Virus record (IMG/VR): IMGVR_UViG_3300025087_000064
Location: 1-61,666 of that record
Length of the DNA stretch: 61,666 bases
Reading direction: 5' to 3' (one strand)
Source: a virus
Lineage: Duplodnaviria; Caudoviricetes
The translations under genes were made by a program, and so were the position numbers. Below the pieces are notes generated by a model. The model had not been told where the DNA came from and made no database searches. It was given only the letters and a program-made list of their open reading frames with translations. Position 1 is the first letter of the stretch; each line of letters opens with the position of its first letter. This document shows positions 56,921 through 61,666 of this stretch, piece by piece.

Positions 56921-59641
56921 TTGAGTGGGGTTTTCTCTTATAACGGCTACGCCAGTATTGATGACTTTATGGCGGCGGCTAACGCCGAACGAGCCAAGGC
57001 AACAGCGGCAAGATCCGCGATGGCTGCTCAATACTCCAAAGCGAAGGCGGCAGGGTTAGCCCAGAGAGCCGCCCAAAGCGCATGGATGGCCTCCCCTGAA
57101 ACCATAGCGCTCAGTAACCGCCATAAAGAGGTGGCCGACCAGCTTAGAGAGTACGCTCCCATGGGGCCACGGTGGAGGAACCTAAACCTAATGTATATTC
57201 AGGCGTTAGCTGGGGGGCCTGCTTACGACGCCTATATGCAGGAACTCAGCTCTTACAACGCCCAGTCCAGCCAGAGAAACGCCCTGCAGGCTGAAATGAA
57301 CATCCTGTCGAAGAGATGGCAGGATATGAATACTGCTTTTTTTAAAGGCCCGGAAACACTGGCGTGGCGTGCCGAACTTGCTTTGTATAACACAGCCACC
57401 GCCGAGGTGGCCACTCTCGAAAGAGCGTTCAAGGACAAATTCACGCCAGTTACACCCCAAACTGTGGCACTACGCCTTGACCCAACGCCCGCTAATATTG
57501 ACTCTTTGGCCGGGAAAATTGTCACTGCTCAAGAGAAACTAGCCAACCTCTCGGTCTACCAAAAAACGAACAAGCCAGATACCATTGTCTTCGATATCCT
57601 CAAGAAGTCGGCCACATCAGAACTCTCCCTGTTAATCCAGCGGCGGGACACCCTGATCGAGTCGTACCAAACACTCCCCTCCCGCCCCGGAGAAGAAACG
57701 CAAACTGCATACGAGACAACCAAGCAACGGATTAATCGCGAAAAGGCTTACATCGCCTCCCTCGAAGAGAGGGCCAGGGTGTCCCAAAACGAAGACCTTC
57801 AGCTTTTGTGGAGTGGCCAAATAACTAGATCCGAGTACGATAACAGGGTGGCGTACAGGGAACAAATCAGAAAGTTTATCTTTAATTATAGGGGTCTTGT
57901 CGCCCAGGGACTTCAACGGTTTAATGCTATCGGGGAAATTAGCGCATATATTCCCACGACTCCGCCCCCCGTCCTTGTCGTTCCTCCGACTCCAGTCACC
58001 CCGGTGACTGTTGCGCCGGTAGTTGTACCACCCGATCCCGTTCTTACCCCGGAGCCAGTTCCAGCCCCTCAGCCTGAACCGGCCCCCACCCCGGTCGCTC
58101 CCCCTCAGCCCTTAGCCCCGCCCGAGCCGGTTGCCCCCACGGCACCAATCGTTCCGCCACCAGTTACGCCAGCGCCAGCACCGGAGGCACCTACCGAGCC
58201 TATCGCAACACCAGCGCCAGCACCGGCTAGTGAACCAGCGCTAACCGGAACAATTCCGAGCGTCGTCACACCGGAACCAGTTGTCGAACCACTCACGCCG
58301 CCATCTCCCCCGACTACAGGGTCTGAAGAGCAACCTGCGGTAGTTGTTCAACCACCCGTCACCGATGAGCCGGTGCAACCGGTTGTTACGCCGGTAGCGC
58401 CAGCCCCACCGCCAGCCGACGCGCCCGTGGTTATCCTACCCACCGAGCCAATCGCACCGCAGCCCCCCACGACATCACCCGACGCACCACAGCCGCCGCC
58501 AACTATCGCCGTTCCCGACGAGCCAGTTGTCCCCGTGGTAATTCCGCCGCCAGCCGTCACCACCCCCGAACAATTACAGCCGCCAACTATCGCCGTTCCC
58601 GACGAGCCAGTTGTCCCGGAGGCCCCTTCTGTTCCCGAACGAACGCTCCAGATTATCTACCTCGACCCGGTAACCGGTTACGAGGTCAGGGATGCACAAC
58701 CGGGAGAAACGCAAGCCAGTTTCGACGCGTCGGGGGTGGTCGGGTCGAAGACTTACCAGAAACCCAACCTCGTCCTCGACACGGTAACGCCAGCGCCCAC
58801 TCTTCCGGCAACGCCCGAGATTGTAGAGCTACCGCCGTTAGATGATGTCGAGCCGAGCAACGAGGAAACCCCTTACTACACCACCAGAAAAGAATTCACA
58901 AGGAGTCCAACCGTGGCACTTTTAGACTACAACACTCAGGTTACCGGCTACCAACTGCCAACCGGTCAAAGCTCTCAGTCCCCCCTCACCCCAGTGCCAA
59001 AGGACGCCAGTTATGTCGATCCAGAATTGGCGACAGTAGAGGGCCGAACCGCCAACCTCCTGAAATCCGGCAACCCGTTACTTGAGCAGGCCAAGGTTGT
59101 ATCACAGGGCGACTATAATAAGCGGGGGCTCTTAAACTCAGGGGGCGCTGTCCAGGCTGGGGTTGGCGCGACAATGGATAAGGCGCTCCAGATCGCCACC
59201 CCAGACGCCGCCCTTTATGGCAATATGGCGCAGGCCAGTCAGAAAACCGGCCTGGAAGGATCGCTCAATAATCAACTTGCCGAAATCGAGAGGAAGAAGT
59301 ACGAGAACAACGCCCTTATTACGGGCTCGCTCGCACAGCAAGATATCAGGGGCCGCAAAGATATTCAGACTCTAGCTGACAACGCAGCTATACAGAGGCT
59401 GCAGCTTGAAAACGAATGGAAAGACTATCTCTCTGCCTCGCAGTTCGACAGCGCCGAAACCCAAGCTCTTATGCAGTCTGCTGGGGCGATGGGCCAGGAG
59501 CTTACTGGCAGTATTGAGCGGCTTTTGCGGGATACGAATATAGTGAACAAGACAGACGCCATTAACGCCCTTATGGTGAATTATAAAGCGCAATTAAATA
59601 CTGTAGCGGCCACCGCAGGCATCGCTCTGGAGTGGTCTTAA
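56921..59641 (+). CDS. Internal virion protein with a long proline-rich linker
   Basis: 906 aa, TTG start; helical N-terminus, about 300-aa Pro/Val/Thr/Glu tract, C-terminal TVEG...LL..NPL..RGLLNS..IATPDA. Confidence 0.7.
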   Translation: MSGVFSYNGYASIDDFMAAANAERAKATAARSAMAAQYSKAKAAGLAQRAAQSAWMASPETIALSNRHKEVADQLREYAPMGPRWRNLNLMYIQALAGGPAYDAYMQELSSYNAQSSQRNALQAEMNILSKRWQDMNTAFFKGPETLAWRAELALYNTATAEVATLERAFKDKFTPVTPQTVALRLDPTPANIDSLAGKIVTAQEKLANLSVYQKTNKPDTIVFDILKKSATSELSLLIQRRDTLIESYQTLPSRPGEETQTAYETTKQRINREKAYIASLEERARVSQNEDLQLLWSGQITRSEYDNRVAYREQIRKFIFNYRGLVAQGLQRFNAIGEISAYIPTTPPPVLVVPPTPVTPVTVAPVVVPPDPVLTPEPVPAPQPEPAPTPVAPPQPLAPPEPVAPTAPIVPPPVTPAPAPEAPTEPIATPAPAPASEPALTGTIPSVVTPEPVVEPLTPPSPPTTGSEEQPAVVVQPPVTDEPVQPVVTPVAPAPPPADAPVVILPTEPIAPQPPTTSPDAPQPPPTIAVPDEPVVPVVIPPPAVTTPEQLQPPTIAVPDEPVVPEAPSVPERTLQIIYLDPVTGYEVRDAQPGETQASFDASGVVGSKTYQKPNLVLDTVTPAPTLPATPEIVELPPLDDVEPSNEETPYYTTRKEFTRSPTVALLDYNTQVTGYQLPTGQSSQSPLTPVPKDASYVDPELATVEGRTANLLKSGNPLLEQAKVVSQGDYNKRGLLNSGGAVQAGVGATMDKALQIATPDAALYGNMAQASQKTGLEGSLNNQLAEIERKKYENNALITGSLAQQDIRGRKDIQTLADNAAIQRLQLENEWKDYLSASQFDSAETQALMQSAGAMGQELTGSIERLLRDTNIVNKTDAINALMVNYKAQLNTVAATAGIALEWS

Positions 59642-59645
59642 TACC

Positions 59646-59674
59646 TAGAACTTTTAGTCGTTTTATGGTATAAT
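59646..59674 (+). promoter_or_regulatory. Promoter with extended -10
   Basis: TAGAAC-N17-TATAAT (TGGTATAAT), similar to 12943-12971. Confidence 0.6.
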
Positions 59675-59717
59675 GGCGGTATCTTTGGGTAAGAAAAATA
59701 AATCTATCGGTGGGTTG

Positions 59718-60257
59718 ATGTTTATTGAGAAAAAAGTTCGCAGGTACTCATTGCTCGACGCGGGGATGGTGTGCAAGCTTATGCGAACAGATGGTATTTT
59801 CAAGACATCTGGCGACGATTTTTCCGATGTAGGAAAACTGGCCTGCTTCGTCGAGAATAACCTAAGGGCTCAATATGTTTTCGTAATGGGGATCGATCCC
59901 CGGCATGAATGTTTCGTCTTTAATCCGATGCACACCACGTCATGTTTCGTTGCGCATTTCGCCGTGCATCCAGCTCATCGCGGTCCTGTCGCTAAACAAC
60001 ATTTAATAGAGTCGGCAAGATATGTTTTCCAGAATTCTCCATGCCGTGCCATTATGGGCTTTATCCGTAGTGCCAACCTCCCGGCCAGACTGTTCGCCAC
60101 AGATATAGGTATGAAGAGGATAGGTAGGACACATGGAACGCTGATGTTTGACGGCTGTATGGAGGACGAAATTATCTACCAATGCACGCTTGAAGATTTT
60201 AATGAAAAATATGGCGCTACCTCCGGGAGCGTTAAGGATAGAATTCAAAAAAAGTGA
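59718..60257 (+). CDS. GNAT-fold virion assembly protein (DUF2824 / P22 gp14-like)
   Basis: H.AVHP.HRG, N.PARLFA..IGMKRIG; usual position just before the ejection genes. Confidence 0.7.
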   Translation: MFIEKKVRRYSLLDAGMVCKLMRTDGIFKTSGDDFSDVGKLACFVENNLRAQYVFVMGIDPRHECFVFNPMHTTSCFVAHFAVHPAHRGPVAKQHLIESARYVFQNSPCRAIMGFIRSANLPARLFATDIGMKRIGRTHGTLMFDGCMEDEIIYQCTLEDFNEKYGATSGSVKDRIQKK

Positions 60258-60266
60258 GGAATATCA

Positions 60267-61247
60267 ATGCCATGGTTCGCGGGGATAGGTGTTGCGGTAG
60301 CGGCGGCTGTCGGCACCACAATTGCAGTTACTAGTATCACGGCAATTGTGGTCGGCGTCGTTGCGACAGCAGTAGTTGGCGCAGCAGTCGGGGCTCTTTA
60401 CGCTGGTGTAACCGGTGGTAGTATTGGCAAGGGCGCTCTATGGGGGGCATTCGGTGCTCTCGCAATCGTCGGGGGCGGCTCTGTCCTTTCATCTTTAGGT
60501 GCGTTCGGTGGCGGCACGGCGGCGGCTGGTACGACGGGCGGTTACGCTGTCGGGGCCAATGGACCCATTCTAACCGGTGGTGCGGCGGTCGAAGGTGGTG
60601 CGGCGGCTGCTGGCGGTGGTATATTTACCGCGTCGAACATGATCGGTATGGCAACCATTGCCTCTTCTATGGGGTCGGCCTTCCTGAAGGGAGACGCCGA
60701 ACAGACGAACGCAGACCACGCCATCCAGGCACAGAAGGAGATGGCGGCATCTTCTCAAGAAAACGCGGCAGCTATTGCGGCAGCCAACAGGGAGGCAGCA
60801 CTTCAGCAGGCAAGAATAGCGGCTGAGTCCGACGCGGCAAGATCGGCCTCGGCTGAAAGAATGTCGGCGGCGGATCGGGCAGCGCGGAAGGAACAGTTTA
60901 ACCAGGAGTTCCAGGAGTCGATATTCCGCGACAGAGAGACGAGAAAGGAAGAGGCTGACAAGTTAAAGAAAATTGAAGAGGGAACAGTCGCCGGGGCGCA
61001 ATACGCGGCAGGCCATACGGTCACTATTTCCCCGGTTGAGGCAAATAGGAAACGTAAGGACTTACTCCGTCCTTCTTGGTCGAAAGTCGCCCCTACCACT
61101 TCGGGGGCTACGTCATCCGCCACAGAGCAGGGATTGACACCTGGAGGCCCTGGATCTCCTGGCGGTCAAATATCCCTCCTAGAGCAACCAGCCCCAGGGA
61201 CGCCCACTGCAGTCCCCCCAGTCCAAACTGGGGTGTTAGGGGGATAA
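60267..61247 (+). CDS. DNA transfer/ejection protein (P22 gp7-like)
   Basis: Gly/Ala-rich hydrophobic N-terminus followed by Ala/Gln coiled coil. Confidence 0.7.
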   Translation: MPWFAGIGVAVAAAVGTTIAVTSITAIVVGVVATAVVGAAVGALYAGVTGGSIGKGALWGAFGALAIVGGGSVLSSLGAFGGGTAAAGTTGGYAVGANGPILTGGAAVEGGAAAAGGGIFTASNMIGMATIASSMGSAFLKGDAEQTNADHAIQAQKEMAASSQENAAAIAAANREAALQQARIAAESDAARSASAERMSAADRAARKEQFNQEFQESIFRDRETRKEEADKLKKIEEGTVAGAQYAAGHTVTISPVEANRKRKDLLRPSWSKVAPTTSGATSSATEQGLTPGGPGSPGGQISLLEQPAPGTPTAVPPVQTGVLGG

Positions 61248-61666
61248 ATGGCTTACTCCAACGGTACATATACGCCCACCCTCATTCCAACGTACGACCC
61301 ACGGATAGGCAATACCCCGCAGTCACAGTATCAGGTTAACCCAGGCATCTTATCGGTTGAGTCCGACACGGTGCGGTTCGACCCCCTCGACGCCGACCGC
61401 CTAAAGGGTGATTACGACGCGACGAGCAAGGCGTCTTCCCGTAGGGTGGCGACAAACTACAAACAATATGGTAATCTCGCCCTCCTCCCCGAGCAGGCGG
61501 CAGGTTTGAACCAAGAGCTTGAGTCATATAAGGCCGAGGACGCCAGCGCATTTTCAAGGCTCAATGGGTATCGCGAGGAATTCAGTAAAAACTTAACCGC
61601 CAGAGACCAGTCGGAAACGAGTGGAATAGCTAACGCCCAAAAGGCTATTGAGGACGCGGTGAGTAA
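61248..61666 (+). CDS. 5' part of the virion gene that continues at base 1
   Basis: ATG directly after the upstream TAA; open to the contig end and in frame with 1-756 through the overlap. Confidence 0.75.
   Translation, partial: MAYSNGTYTPTLIPTYDPRIGNTPQSQYQVNPGILSVESDTVRFDPLDADRLKGDYDATSKASSRRVATNYKQYGNLALLPEQAAGLNQELESYKAEDASAFSRLNGYREEFSKNLTARDQSETSGIANAQKAIEDAVS
61512..61666 (+). repeat. Right copy of imperfect terminal direct repeat
   Basis: 144 of 155 bases identical to 1-155. Confidence 0.95.

Noticed and set aside
59673-59717. ORF-track starts at 59673 and 23752
   Set aside because: Both overlap or precede the predicted transcription start; downstream ATGs at 59718 and 23797 fit better
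61512-61666. Terminal near-repeat as a DGR template/variable repeat pair
   Set aside because: Mismatches are not adenine-specific (C/T, G/T and C/A occur), are mostly synonymous, and I see no reverse transcriptase

Overview
The window looks like an essentially complete, circularly permuted ~61.5-kb dsDNA tailed phage genome of podovirus type. The two contig ends are a 155-bp imperfect direct repeat inside one virion gene. Late, + strand: TerS, TerL, portal, scaffold, N4-gp56-type major capsid protein, adaptor and nozzle, two paralogous tail fibres, ejection proteins, a 3441-aa polyvalent protein, a polysaccharide-deacetylase module and a lysis cassette with a lambda-R-type endolysin. Minus strand: recombination operon (NinB-like, ERF, YqaJ exonuclease, metallophosphoesterase, SSB, ParB-like, RuvC). 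Replication: putative origin, SF2 helicase and TOPRIM primase, followed by nucleotide-pool enzymes. A divergent early region of small ORFs includes a pentapeptide-repeat protein. I see no integrase, DNA or RNA polymerase, reverse transcriptase or CRISPR array. Best leads: (1) the giant protein reads as a string of effector modules, several preceded by a recurring K-x-Q motif, suggesting an injected, processed polyprotein; (2) two tRNA-shaped RNAs share the same non-canonical remodelling; (3) the early leader holds a structured RNA with 6S-like architecture; (4) chimeric nucleases surround the terminase genes. All family assignments come from motif recognition by eye; no database searches were run.
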